This document shows positions 1 to 7,207 of a stretch of 52,543 bases of DNA, one piece after another. This stretch comes from an uncultured Candidatus Saccharibacteria bacterium (GTDB lineage Bacteria; Patescibacteriota; Minisyncoccia; Phycocordibacterales; UBA2135). The notes under the pieces are model-generated. The model was not told the DNA's origin. It ran no database searches and saw nothing but the letters and a program-made list of their open reading frames with translations. The stretch is taken from the NCBI GenBank assembly GCA_964573545.1, contig CAZNJQ010000002.1, positions 1-52,543 on the forward strand. Reading direction: 5' to 3'. The position numbers were made by a program, and so were the translations under genes. Each line of letters starts with the position of its first letter. Position 1 is the stretch's first letter.

Positions 1-42
1 TTTGCAATGAGGAGGTAAGCGGTTCGAGTCCGCTCGGGTCCA
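1..42 (+). tRNA. 3' portion (tRNA positions 32-73) of a tRNA cut by the window edge; anticodon TGC, probable tRNA-Ala
   Basis: Loop TTTGCAA, anticodon-stem 3' strand TGAGG, 5-nt variable AGGTA, T-arm AGCGG/TTCGAGT/CCGCT, acceptor 3' strand CGGGTCC (T at position 70, compatible with G3:U70), discriminator A. No encoded CCA. Confidence 0.55.
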
Positions 43-64
43 TATTGGCCCACTTTAATTATCG

Positions 65-108
65 GGACAATGAGGAGGTCACCGGTTCAAATCCGGTCGG
101 GTCCACCA
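65..108 (+). other. Orphan tRNA-like 3' half (variable region, T-arm, acceptor 3' strand, encoded CCA) with no 5' half
   Basis: Shares CAATGAGGAGGT, a T-arm (ACCGG/TTCAAAT/CCGGT) and the identical CGGGTCC-A acceptor strand with feature 1-42, then CCA. Positions 43-64 contain no complementary acceptor or anticodon-stem strands. Confidence 0.45.
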
Positions 109-200
109 AACGAAACTCGTTCGGAATTATGGTTTTTTGAAAAGTAGATTCTGGTTGTTTATAAACACGATATTTTCCGATAAACTATTCATACATACGC

Positions 201-404
201 ATGTCTATAGAGAATCAAAATATAAAAAAAGAAAGCGGCAAAGAGTTGCAGAGGTGGACGTATCACGATAACCATGCGGGAGGGAAGGTTATATTTGAAT
301 GTACTGCAAAAAATATATTTGAAGCGGATGAGATGTACCAAAAAGAGACTGGCAATGACCCGAACAAACAGATGTTTGTCGGACGTCGCTTTGAGAAAAT
401 CTAA
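201..404 (+). CDS. Hypothetical small protein (67 aa)
   Basis: Intact ORF lying 9 nt upstream of the next same-strand gene. No recognisable motif. Confidence 0.45.
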   Translation: MSIENQNIKKESGKELQRWTYHDNHAGGKVIFECTAKNIFEADEMYQKETGNDPNKQMFVGRRFEKI

Positions 405-413
405 GATAACGTC

Positions 414-908
414 ATGGATTCTGTGCAGGTTCAGATACTAACGGGCGAAGGAAATATAGAAAGACTATATAATTTTATTCGGCAATTTCCCCTCGACTAC
501 CCGGATTATTTTGAGTGGCTTCAGAAATGCAAAAGAGAACTTGAGTTAGGCTATAAAAAAGCATTTTATGTCACCAATTCTAACGGAGAAATCATCGGTT
601 CAATTATTTTTCAGCCGCATAAGAAAGAAAGCTCCGTACTGGAAATAAAAAATTTAAGAATTCATCCGTTGCATGAGCATCGCGGCCTCGGCTCGGTACT
701 GGAATCTTCGGTAGAGTTATACGCAAAAGAAAATGATTTCCAGAAAATCCAGTGTGATGTTCGTCAGGAAAATCCGGTTTTGTTCTTTATGCAAAAGAGA
801 GGATACAGGGTGAAGTCGAAGGAACGTCTCTACGGTGCTTTGGAAGAAATAGTGCTGCAAAAGGATGTCTTAAGACATCAACTTGAAAATCAGCGGCCAC
901 AAGTATAA
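414..908 (+). CDS. GNAT-family N-acetyltransferase
   Basis: 164 aa. The acetyl-CoA motif-A-like segment RIHPLHEHRGLGSVLES and the size are typical of GNAT. Confidence 0.75.
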   Translation: MDSVQVQILTGEGNIERLYNFIRQFPLDYPDYFEWLQKCKRELELGYKKAFYVTNSNGEIIGSIIFQPHKKESSVLEIKNLRIHPLHEHRGLGSVLESSVELYAKENDFQKIQCDVRQENPVLFFMQKRGYRVKSKERLYGALEEIVLQKDVLRHQLENQRPQV

Positions 909-919
909 GGTGGGTACAT

Positions 920-1411
920 ATGAGCGTACCCGATCTCCTGTTTCATAGTCCGTCAAAGGGAACCTTGTCGTTTCAAGAGATGCTTAAAGCCATCGTCTCG
1001 TATATGGACGAGGAGCCGAAACATTTCTACAAGGTCATCGTTGGCACTGATTCATTCGCGCGGAGCGACACGACACTCGTCACGGCCGTCATTGTTCAGC
1101 GTGTCGGGCGCGGAGCGATATATTTTTTGACGAAATCCCCGATGCAATGGTTCCCGACGCTTCGCGACCGTATCTTTGAGGAGGCGATCCACTCGATCAT
1201 GCTTGCACAGGAGCTCCGCTCGCGCCTCAAAGAAGAACTTAAAGACGAATTTCTTTGGGAAAGTAATGAAATTCATGTGGATATCGGGCAAAACGGTCCG
1301 ACGAAAGAGCTGATTGACGCCGTGTCCGGCATTATCCGTGGATATAATTTCTACCCGGTCATAAAACCGTTGTCGTTTGCCGCATCCACCGTTGCGGATA
1401 AACATACATAG
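920..1411 (+). CDS. YkuK/DUF458-like RNase H-fold protein
   Basis: 163 aa. VGTDS...LVTAVIV...IHVDIGQNGPTKELI...KP..FAASTVADKHT resembles my recollection of the DUF458 (B. subtilis YkuK) family. Confidence 0.6.
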   Translation: MSVPDLLFHSPSKGTLSFQEMLKAIVSYMDEEPKHFYKVIVGTDSFARSDTTLVTAVIVQRVGRGAIYFLTKSPMQWFPTLRDRIFEEAIHSIMLAQELRSRLKEELKDEFLWESNEIHVDIGQNGPTKELIDAVSGIIRGYNFYPVIKPLSFAASTVADKHT

Positions 1412-1536
1412 ATTTCTTTTCATACCCCCCCCTGAAGAGGGTTTGTTTATCTTCATATAAGCTCTGTGGATAAGGAGCGGGCTTATTTATGTTATGATTA
1501 TAACGAAGCCATTATCAATATCTAACGTCGTAGAGT

Positions 1537-1704
1537 ATGGATTTTTTTAAAAAAATATTCGGAAAATTCTCGAAAAAAGGCGGTGATGAAGAAACATTTG
1601 TTTGCGATACGTGCGGCGAAGAGCGCAGTGAGTCGCAAAGGAAAGAAAGCGCCACAGTGAAGGAACAGAGTGAGGCACACCCGAATACGTGCGAGTTCTG
1701 TTAA
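1537..1704 (+). CDS. Small CxxC...CxxC (zinc-ribbon-like) protein, 55 aa, not in the ORF track
   Basis: Hand-translated as MDFFKKIFGKFSKKGGDEETFVCDTCGEERSESQRKESATVKEQSEAHPNTCEFC*. The antisense 70-aa track ORF looks non-protein-like. Confidence 0.4.
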   Translation: MDFFKKIFGKFSKKGGDEETFVCDTCGEERSESQRKESATVKEQSEAHPNTCEFC

Positions 1705-1774
1705 CCCGGTTTCACAGACCTGCTGCATATTCAATACCGGATACTGTATACTATAGAGCGTATAGCAGTGTGTT

Positions 1775-1843
1775 CAGCAGTGACCGGCGGCGGCACTCAC
1801 TTAAGACATTTGTTTCGGAGCTCGCTCCCGCCGGTCACTGCTG
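1775..1843. repeat. Perfect 16-bp inverted repeat (CAGCAGTGACCGGCGG / CCGCCGGTCACTGCTG) with a 37-nt loop
   Basis: Arms at 1775-1790 and 1828-1843 are exact reverse complements. The right arm ends in the GTG I propose as the murB start. Confidence 0.8.
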
Positions 1844-2877
1844 TGCATACGATACAGAAAAACATACCGCTTCGTGAACTCGTCACCATGCGTGTGGGCG
1901 GGCTGGCGCGGTTTTTTTCTTGCGTGAAAGATATAGAAGAACTTTCTCAAAGCATTCAGTTTGCGAAAAAAGAAAATCTCCCCGTCTTTATCTTGGGTGA
2001 AGGTTCGAACATCATCGTCGGCGACAAAGGGTTTCCGGGCCTCGTCATAAAGACCGCTATTCGCGGCATTTCATTTTTCGATGAAGCAAATGGCAAGACT
2101 CTGGTTTCTGCGGCAGCAGGCGAGAACTGGGATCGCTTCGTGCAGAAATCAGTCGCGAAGAAATTGTGGGGGGTTGAAAATCTCTCCGCGATACCGGGAA
2201 CTGTCGGCGCCGCGCCGGTCCAGAATGTTGGCGCATACGGAGTCGAGGTAAAAGATACGATACACTCGGTCCACGTTTTTGATATGCACACAGTAAAGGA
2301 GCGGACACTCTCACGCGCAGAGTGCGGTTTTTCTTACCGCGATAGTATCTTCAAAAAACCGGAAGGGAAAAGCCTCGTCATAACAAAGGTTAATTTCATG
2401 CTCAAAAGAGACGGAAAGCCACAGGCTGCGTACAAGGATATCGATGTCTCTCTCAAAGAAAAAAAACTCAAAGACCCGACGATCGAGGATATGCGGAATA
2501 TCATTTTACGTATTCGTCGCAACAAACTTCCATCAGTTAAGAAGGTTGGAACCGTAGGCTCGTTCTTTAAAAATCCGATTCTCTCCAGAGAAAAATATGA
2601 AGCCCTTGCATATCTCTATCCCGGTTTGCCGCAGTACCCGGAATCTTCAGGGCATGTCAAAATACCGCTCGCATGGATCATAGACCGTGTCTGCGGCAGA
2701 AGGGGTATGGGCAGAAACGGGCTCTCACTTCACGATACTCAGCCGCTTGCACTGGTGCACCATGGCGGCTCGAATGCGGCGGAGATTTTGGAATTTGCGA
2801 ATGAAATCGCGCGCGACATCAAGAGACATACCGGCATTGATGCGGAATTTGAAGTTTCTCTTGTCGGAGAATTTTGA
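1843..2877 (+). CDS. murB: UDP-N-acetylenolpyruvoylglucosamine reductase MurB (start uncertain: GTG 1843 or GTG 1768)
   Basis: NIPLRELVTMRVGG...FILGEGSNIIV...AIPGTVGAAPVQNVGAYG is a typical MurB FAD-binding N-terminus. The first ATG (1888) would truncate conserved residues. Confidence 0.85.
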   Translation: MHTIQKNIPLRELVTMRVGGLARFFSCVKDIEELSQSIQFAKKENLPVFILGEGSNIIVGDKGFPGLVIKTAIRGISFFDEANGKTLVSAAAGENWDRFVQKSVAKKLWGVENLSAIPGTVGAAPVQNVGAYGVEVKDTIHSVHVFDMHTVKERTLSRAECGFSYRDSIFKKPEGKSLVITKVNFMLKRDGKPQAAYKDIDVSLKEKKLKDPTIEDMRNIILRIRRNKLPSVKKVGTVGSFFKNPILSREKYEALAYLYPGLPQYPESSGHVKIPLAWIIDRVCGRRGMGRNGLSLHDTQPLALVHHGGSNAAEILEFANEIARDIKRHTGIDAEFEVSLVGEF

Positions 2878-3073
2878 AAATCAAGAAGCACGACGGATCA
2901 AAATTTTCCTCACGTGCATCAAAGTTCAAAACTTTTCCACAACTTTTTTGTTGCAAGTGTTGTTTTCATAAGCAGAGCATGTCATAATAAAGATGTGGTC
3001 GAATTATAAAGACAATAACTCCACAAGAAAATAAAATTTGAATTTCTTTTAAATTTTATTTCTTGCCATTGCA

Positions 3074-3157
3074 ATGGCTAAAAAAAGGAAAGCTGCAAAG
3101 AAGAAGGCAGCAAAAAAACCTGCAAAGAGGGGAAAAGCTGCTCGCCGAAGGAGATAA
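3074..3157 (+). CDS. Candidate 27-aa Lys/Arg/Ala-rich micro-ORF (MAKKRKAAKKKAAKKPAKRGKAARRRR)
   Basis: ATG..TAA ORF followed 29 nt later by a 15-bp hairpin. No clear SD. Lies in a 440-bp otherwise ORF-free gap. Confidence 0.25.
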   Translation: MAKKRKAAKKKAAKKPAKRGKAARRRR

Positions 3158-3185
3158 CAGTTCTCACTGCTTGTACAGGTTTTTG

Positions 3186-3218
3186 CAACCGAGTTCCGGC
3201 CATGCCGGAACTCGGTTG
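3186..3218 (+). terminator. 15-bp perfect stem-loop (CAACCGAGTTCCGGC-cat-GCCGGAACTCGGTTG); weak T tract
   Basis: Exact complementarity read from the sequence. Only TT follows, so this is either a terminator or a structural RNA element. Confidence 0.4.
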
Positions 3219-3278
3219 TTCTATGGTAATATGCTTTTACACGCCGGACAAGTTTGACTAATGCGGCAAGATGATGTC

Positions 3279-3306
3279 TTGGAACAGCCTATTTTAGTGG
3301 TATTAT
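3279..3306 (+). promoter_or_regulatory. Possible sigma70-like promoter for secA (TTGGAA-16 nt-TATTAT)
   Basis: Hexamers at 3279-3284 and 3301-3306. A GAGGG SD precedes the ATG at 3317. Confidence 0.3.
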
Positions 3307-3316
3307 AGAGGGTGCT

Positions 3317-5971
3317 ATGTTTTTGGAGAATTTCTTTAAAGGAAGCGAGAAACGCTATCTAAAAAGACTCGAAACGGTTGCTGGCGATATCAATGTTCTC
3401 GAGCCGCGGACGGCGGCACTTTCCGACGATGATCTCAAAAAAGAGACAGCGCGTCTCAAAGCACGACTTTCTGCCGGCGCAGCAGGAGAAGATATTCTCC
3501 CGGAAGCATTTGCGGCAGTGCGTGAGGCTGCTCGGCGAACGCTCAAACAGCGGCATTTTGACGTTCAGCTCATGGGAGGAATCATTCTCCATGAGCGGAA
3601 AATCGCAGAGATGAGGACGGGAGAAGGTAAAACGCTTGTCGCAACACTCTCCGCATACCTTAACGCGCTCTCCGGAAAGGGCGTTCACGTTGTCACCGTG
3701 AACGATTATCTTGCGCGGCGTGACGCAGTGTGGATGGGGCAGATCTATGATGCCCTGGGGCTTTCTGTTGGCATCATAAACACCGGCAATAATTCTTTTG
3801 TATACGACCGCGAACATACTTCAGAAAATCAAAAGTCAATCCATTCGGCCCATTCGACTACCGCTCAGGGTGGTGAGCAAAGTCGAACCACAAGCTCAGG
3901 ATTGATGCTGAGCATAGCCGAAGCATCAAAGATTAAACCCGTCCGAATGGACATTCGTCCGGGCGGAGATCAAAATTTAGATGAGACGCGCGACGAACTC
4001 GGTTCTTTCAAAGTTGTTCACGAGTTTTTGCGACCCTGCTCACGCAAAGAAGCGTACGCGGCCGACATTACCTATGGCACCAATAATGAATACGGGTTTG
4101 ATTATCTGCGCGACAATATCGCATATTCCAGAGAGGAAGTAGTCCAGAGGGGGTTTTATTATGCCATCGTTGACGAGATCGATTCTATTCTGATCGATGA
4201 GGCGCGGACGCCCCTCATTATCTCGGCGCCATCGCATGACCCGGAAAGTTTGTATTATACGTTCGCGCGGATCGCGGCGTCTTTGAAAGAAGGAAGTGAT
4301 TACACGGTTGATGAAAAATTACGCGCCATAACGCTCTCTGACGATGGTATTACGAAAGCTGAGAAAATTCTGGGTATTTCCAATATCTATACTGACAAGG
4401 GAATCAAGTATGTGCATCATCTCGAGAATGCGGTGCGTGCGAAGGCGCTTTTTCATAAAGACAAGGAGTATGTCATCCGCGACAGCCATATCGTGATCGT
4501 TGATGAATTCACCGGACGGCTCCAGCCCGGGAGGCGGTGGAGCGAAGGGCTTCATCAGGCGATTGAAGCAAAGGAAGGGCTTGTAGTCGAGCGCGAATCA
4601 CGAACTGTCGCGTCGATCACATTTCAGAACTATTTTCGGCTCTATGAGAAACTCTCCGGCATGACAGGAACTGCCGCAACTTCATCCGAGGAATTCGCGC
4701 GCGTTTATGACCTCGAGGTTGTCACCGTTCCGACGAATAAACCGATGAAGCGCGCCGACCACAACGACCTTATCTTCCAGACGGAAAATGGAAAAATTAC
4801 CGCAGTCGTGCGGAAGGTCAAAGAGCTTCATGAAAAAGGCCAGCCCGTGCTCATCGGCACCGCATCTATTGAAAAAAATGAACTTTTCTCGGCGTACTTC
4901 GAGAAAGAAGGGGTTTCACATACGGTATTAAATGCGAAAAACCACGAGCGAGAGGGAGAAATCATTGCGCAGGCGGGGAGAAAGGGCGCTGTGACAATCG
5001 CGACGAACATGGCGGGGCGTGGCGTGGATATCATTTTGGGTGGTAATCCGCCGGATGCCGGTGCGCAGGAAGAAATCAGAAAGAACGGCGGTCTTTTTGT
5101 TATCGGTACGGAGCGACACGACGCGCGGAGGATCGACAATCAGCTTCGCGGCCGTGCGGGGCGGCAGGGAGACCCTGGCGATACCCAGTTTTTTGTCTCG
5201 CTTGAGGATTCACTCATGCGCATATTCGCGACTGATACCATAAAAACAATGATGGGAAAATTCGGCATTCCCGAAGACCAGCCGATCGAGAACAAGTTTG
5301 TAACGCGCGCGCTTGAATCAGCGCAGACGAAAATCGAAGGATTCAATTTTGACGCGCGGAAACACGTACTTGCGTACGATGATGTGCTGAATTATCAGAG
5401 AAAGGTGATTTACGGCATACGTCGCGATATTCTCTTCGGGAATATGGAGCGCGTTGAGGAATTCTTGGAAGGATTGAAGGGGGCGGGGGAGGACATACAT
5501 GCCTTGATTGAAAAAAAGAAAGCAGATTTCGGGGAAGAGAGATTTTTTGTGCTCATGGGACATATCATTGTGCGTACGATAGATATGTTCTGGATGGAAC
5601 ACCTGGAATCAATGGATTATCTCCGGGGAAGCGTTAATTTGCGCGCATACGGGCAACGGGACCCTCTTGTTGAATATAAAAAAGAAGGGCTAAAACTTTT
5701 TAAAGATATGCGCGAAGCAATGAATGCCCATGTCGCGGGATTATTGTCCGCGCTTTCGAAAGATGCCGCCCCGCGCATGGAGAAGGAGCGCGAAGTTGAT
5801 TTAAAACAAATCTCCGCAAACCAGACAGAGAGTGGCAACAAAGGCGGCTTGCCCGCCGTAGCTTCGCGTACTGAAGCGAAGGTAGGCCGGAACGACCCGT
5901 GTCCGTGCGGAGCGAAGAAGGCGGATGGAACTCCGGTTAAGTATAAACATTGTCATGGAAAAAACGCTTGA
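3317..5971 (+). CDS. secA: Preprotein translocase ATPase SecA, with a long insertion after GLSVGII
   Basis: MRTGEGKTLV (Walker A), AYAADITYGTNNEYGFDYLRDN, VDEIDSILIDEARTPLIIS, and a C-terminal zinc motif CPCG...KHCHG. Confidence 0.95.
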   Translation: MFLENFFKGSEKRYLKRLETVAGDINVLEPRTAALSDDDLKKETARLKARLSAGAAGEDILPEAFAAVREAARRTLKQRHFDVQLMGGIILHERKIAEMRTGEGKTLVATLSAYLNALSGKGVHVVTVNDYLARRDAVWMGQIYDALGLSVGIINTGNNSFVYDREHTSENQKSIHSAHSTTAQGGEQSRTTSSGLMLSIAEASKIKPVRMDIRPGGDQNLDETRDELGSFKVVHEFLRPCSRKEAYAADITYGTNNEYGFDYLRDNIAYSREEVVQRGFYYAIVDEIDSILIDEARTPLIISAPSHDPESLYYTFARIAASLKEGSDYTVDEKLRAITLSDDGITKAEKILGISNIYTDKGIKYVHHLENAVRAKALFHKDKEYVIRDSHIVIVDEFTGRLQPGRRWSEGLHQAIEAKEGLVVERESRTVASITFQNYFRLYEKLSGMTGTAATSSEEFARVYDLEVVTVPTNKPMKRADHNDLIFQTENGKITAVVRKVKELHEKGQPVLIGTASIEKNELFSAYFEKEGVSHTVLNAKNHEREGEIIAQAGRKGAVTIATNMAGRGVDIILGGNPPDAGAQEEIRKNGGLFVIGTERHDARRIDNQLRGRAGRQGDPGDTQFFVSLEDSLMRIFATDTIKTMMGKFGIPEDQPIENKFVTRALESAQTKIEGFNFDARKHVLAYDDVLNYQRKVIYGIRRDILFGNMERVEEFLEGLKGAGEDIHALIEKKKADFGEERFFVLMGHIIVRTIDMFWMEHLESMDYLRGSVNLRAYGQRDPLVEYKKEGLKLFKDMREAMNAHVAGLLSALSKDAAPRMEKEREVDLKQISANQTESGNKGGLPAVASRTEAKVGRNDPCPCGAKKADGTPVKYKHCHGKNA
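3841..3900 (-). repeat. GC-rich repeat element copy inside secA, in frame; inverted partner of 5996-6055
   Basis: Its reverse complement matches 5996-6055 at 57/60 positions by manual alignment. Confidence 0.85.
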
Positions 5972-5995
5972 GACTCTTATCAAGAGGAGCGGAGT

Positions 5996-6055
5996 CCCGA
6001 GCTTGTGGTTCGACTTTGCTCACCACCCTGAGCGGTAGTCGAATGGGTCGAAGGG
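5996..6055 (+). repeat. GC-rich repeat element copy just downstream of secA
   Basis: CCCGAGCTTGTGGTTCGACTTTGCTCACCACCCTGAGCGGTAGTCGAATGGGTCGAAGGG. A partial third copy (CTGAGTGAGCATGGCGAGTCGAATGG) is at 6422-6447. Confidence 0.85.
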
Positions 6056-6100
6056 TGGGAGCGGGAAGAAATATAAGAAGTGTATAAGGTGTCATGGGCA

Positions 6101-6391
6101 ATGAGCATAGAAAATATGGAAAGTTTAGAACAAAAAATTCAAAAAATCGAAGAACGAAATCAGCGAGTAGAGGCTGATAAGGCTTGGGAAACGAGCTGGA
6201 CAAGGCGAATATTGTTGACACTATTCACTTATCTAGCAATCGGAGTCTACATGTGGGCGATTGATATTCCTAGCTCATGGCTGAATGCCGTAGTGCCAGC
6301 AGTGGCATTTATGCTGTCGACATTGACGATGCCGTTTTTCAAGAAGCTGTGGCTGAAAAATGAAAGAAAATCCCCGTGGAGTAGGGAATAA
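6101..6391 (+). CDS. Small membrane protein (coiled N-terminus plus 2 predicted TM helices); start ATG 6101 or GTG 6080
   Basis: EQKIQKIEERNQRVEADKAWETSWTRR is followed by hydrophobic segments LLTLFTYLAIGVYMWAI and AVVPAVAFMLSTLTMPFF. Confidence 0.55.
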   Translation: MSIENMESLEQKIQKIEERNQRVEADKAWETSWTRRILLTLFTYLAIGVYMWAIDIPSSWLNAVVPAVAFMLSTLTMPFFKKLWLKNERKSPWSRE

Positions 6392-6450
6392 ACGTTGTTA
6401 CGGAGCGTGACGATGTTTATTCTGAGTGAGCATGGCGAGTCGAATGGATA

Positions 6451-6474
6451 AAAAGTGTCACGGGGCGTGAGGAT
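6451..6474 (+). promoter_or_regulatory. AAAAGTGTCAYGG mini-hairpin motif, copy 3 (AAAAGTGTCACGGGGCGTGAGGAT), abutting the ATG at 6475
   Basis: TCACG-GGG-CGTGA stem. The 3' arm overlaps the SD-like GAGGA. Confidence 0.5.
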
Positions 6475-6810
6475 ATGAAATCACTTAAATTCAGACACAA
6501 TTTAGTTCAGAAAATTTTGGATGGAAGCAAAAGTGTAACATGGCGGCTTTTCGACGATAAGAATCTACAAGCAGGTGATCAGGTCGAGCTTATTGATTGG
6601 GAATCTGGAGAAAAGTTTGCAGAGGCGGAAATTATAGGAGTGCGAGAAAAAAAGCTGAACGAGATAGAAGAAAAGGATTTTGAAGGGCATGAAAAATACG
6701 AAAGCATTGAGGAGATGCTAGGGCATTACAAAAAATATTACGGAGAAAAAGTTAATCTGGACACAAAAGTTAAAATAATTGATTTTAGGATCCTGCGGGC
6801 CAGTCAATAA
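6475..6810 (+). CDS. ASCH-domain protein
   Basis: 111 aa. The N-terminal pattern LKFRHNLVQKILDGSKSVTWRLFD...GDQVELID and the size are typical of the ASCH / PUA-like fold. Confidence 0.7.
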   Translation: MKSLKFRHNLVQKILDGSKSVTWRLFDDKNLQAGDQVELIDWESGEKFAEAEIIGVREKKLNEIEEKDFEGHEKYESIEEMLGHYKKYYGEKVNLDTKVKIIDFRILRASQ

Positions 6811-6853
6811 AAAATAGAGACACTATAGGGCGCAGAGATAATAGGTAAAAAAT

Positions 6854-7177
6854 ATGGAAAAAGAACCAAAAAACGAGAAAAGTACATCAATAATTAATCG
6901 GCAAGAAATTTTAGGATTTATAAAAGATAGAAACATAGAAGCGGAAGATTTTCATCTGATAGAAAAATTGGCATCTTTCCCTAAAGATATGGTCATCATG
7001 GAGCTTCACAATTTGTTTAATATGTACCGCGAAAGAAGCGGAGGGGAATTGGATGGGATGATACAAAATACCAATGACGCTCCAAGGAAAGAATTGCTTG
7101 AGGCAATGCGGCGGTTTTACCAAAAATATGATTGGCCAGCGAGCTGGCACCTCGTACGGACGCTGGAAAAATTATAA
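6854..7177 (+). CDS. Hypothetical protein (107 aa)
   Basis: Intact same-strand ORF within a tight array of small genes. No motif recognised. Confidence 0.5.
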   Translation: MEKEPKNEKSTSIINRQEILGFIKDRNIEAEDFHLIEKLASFPKDMVIMELHNLFNMYRERSGGELDGMIQNTNDAPRKELLEAMRRFYQKYDWPASWHLVRTLEKL

Positions 7178-7207
7178 AAAGTGTCATGGTCATGAAGTCA
7201 TGAAAAT
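7176..7207 (+). promoter_or_regulatory. AAAAGTGTCAYGG motif, copy 5 (AAAAAGTGTCATGGTCATGAAGTCATGAAAAT), abutting the ATG at 7208
   Basis: TCATG-GT-CATGA stem. Relative to copy 3, the C:G pair is replaced by T:A. Confidence 0.5.

Noticed and set aside
1-108. tmRNA (ssrA) 3' end, or a permuted/two-piece tmRNA, as an explanation for the tRNA-Ala-like acceptor and T-arm copies.
   Set aside because: Copy 1 has a normal 7-nt anticodon loop and stem directly 5' of the variable region, which tmRNA lacks. Near copy 2 there is no tag-peptide reading frame or pseudoknot-rich sequence, only 22 nt of spacer.
1465-1473. Perfect DnaA box (TGTGGATAA) between the YkuK-like gene and the Zn-ribbon micro-ORF.
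   Set aside because: It is a single isolated 9-mer with no neighbouring boxes or AT-rich unwinding element, so it may be there by chance or be a minor regulatory site. It is not enough to call an origin.
3820-3965. Intein or intron explanation for the extra sequence in secA, and likewise for gatB, dnaB, dnaE and gyrB.
   Set aside because: The inserts are only about 20-75 codons. They lack the intein N-terminal Cys/Ser and C-terminal His-Asn splice blocks, and are far too short for group I/II introns. dnaB, dnaE and gyrB show uninterrupted conserved motifs.
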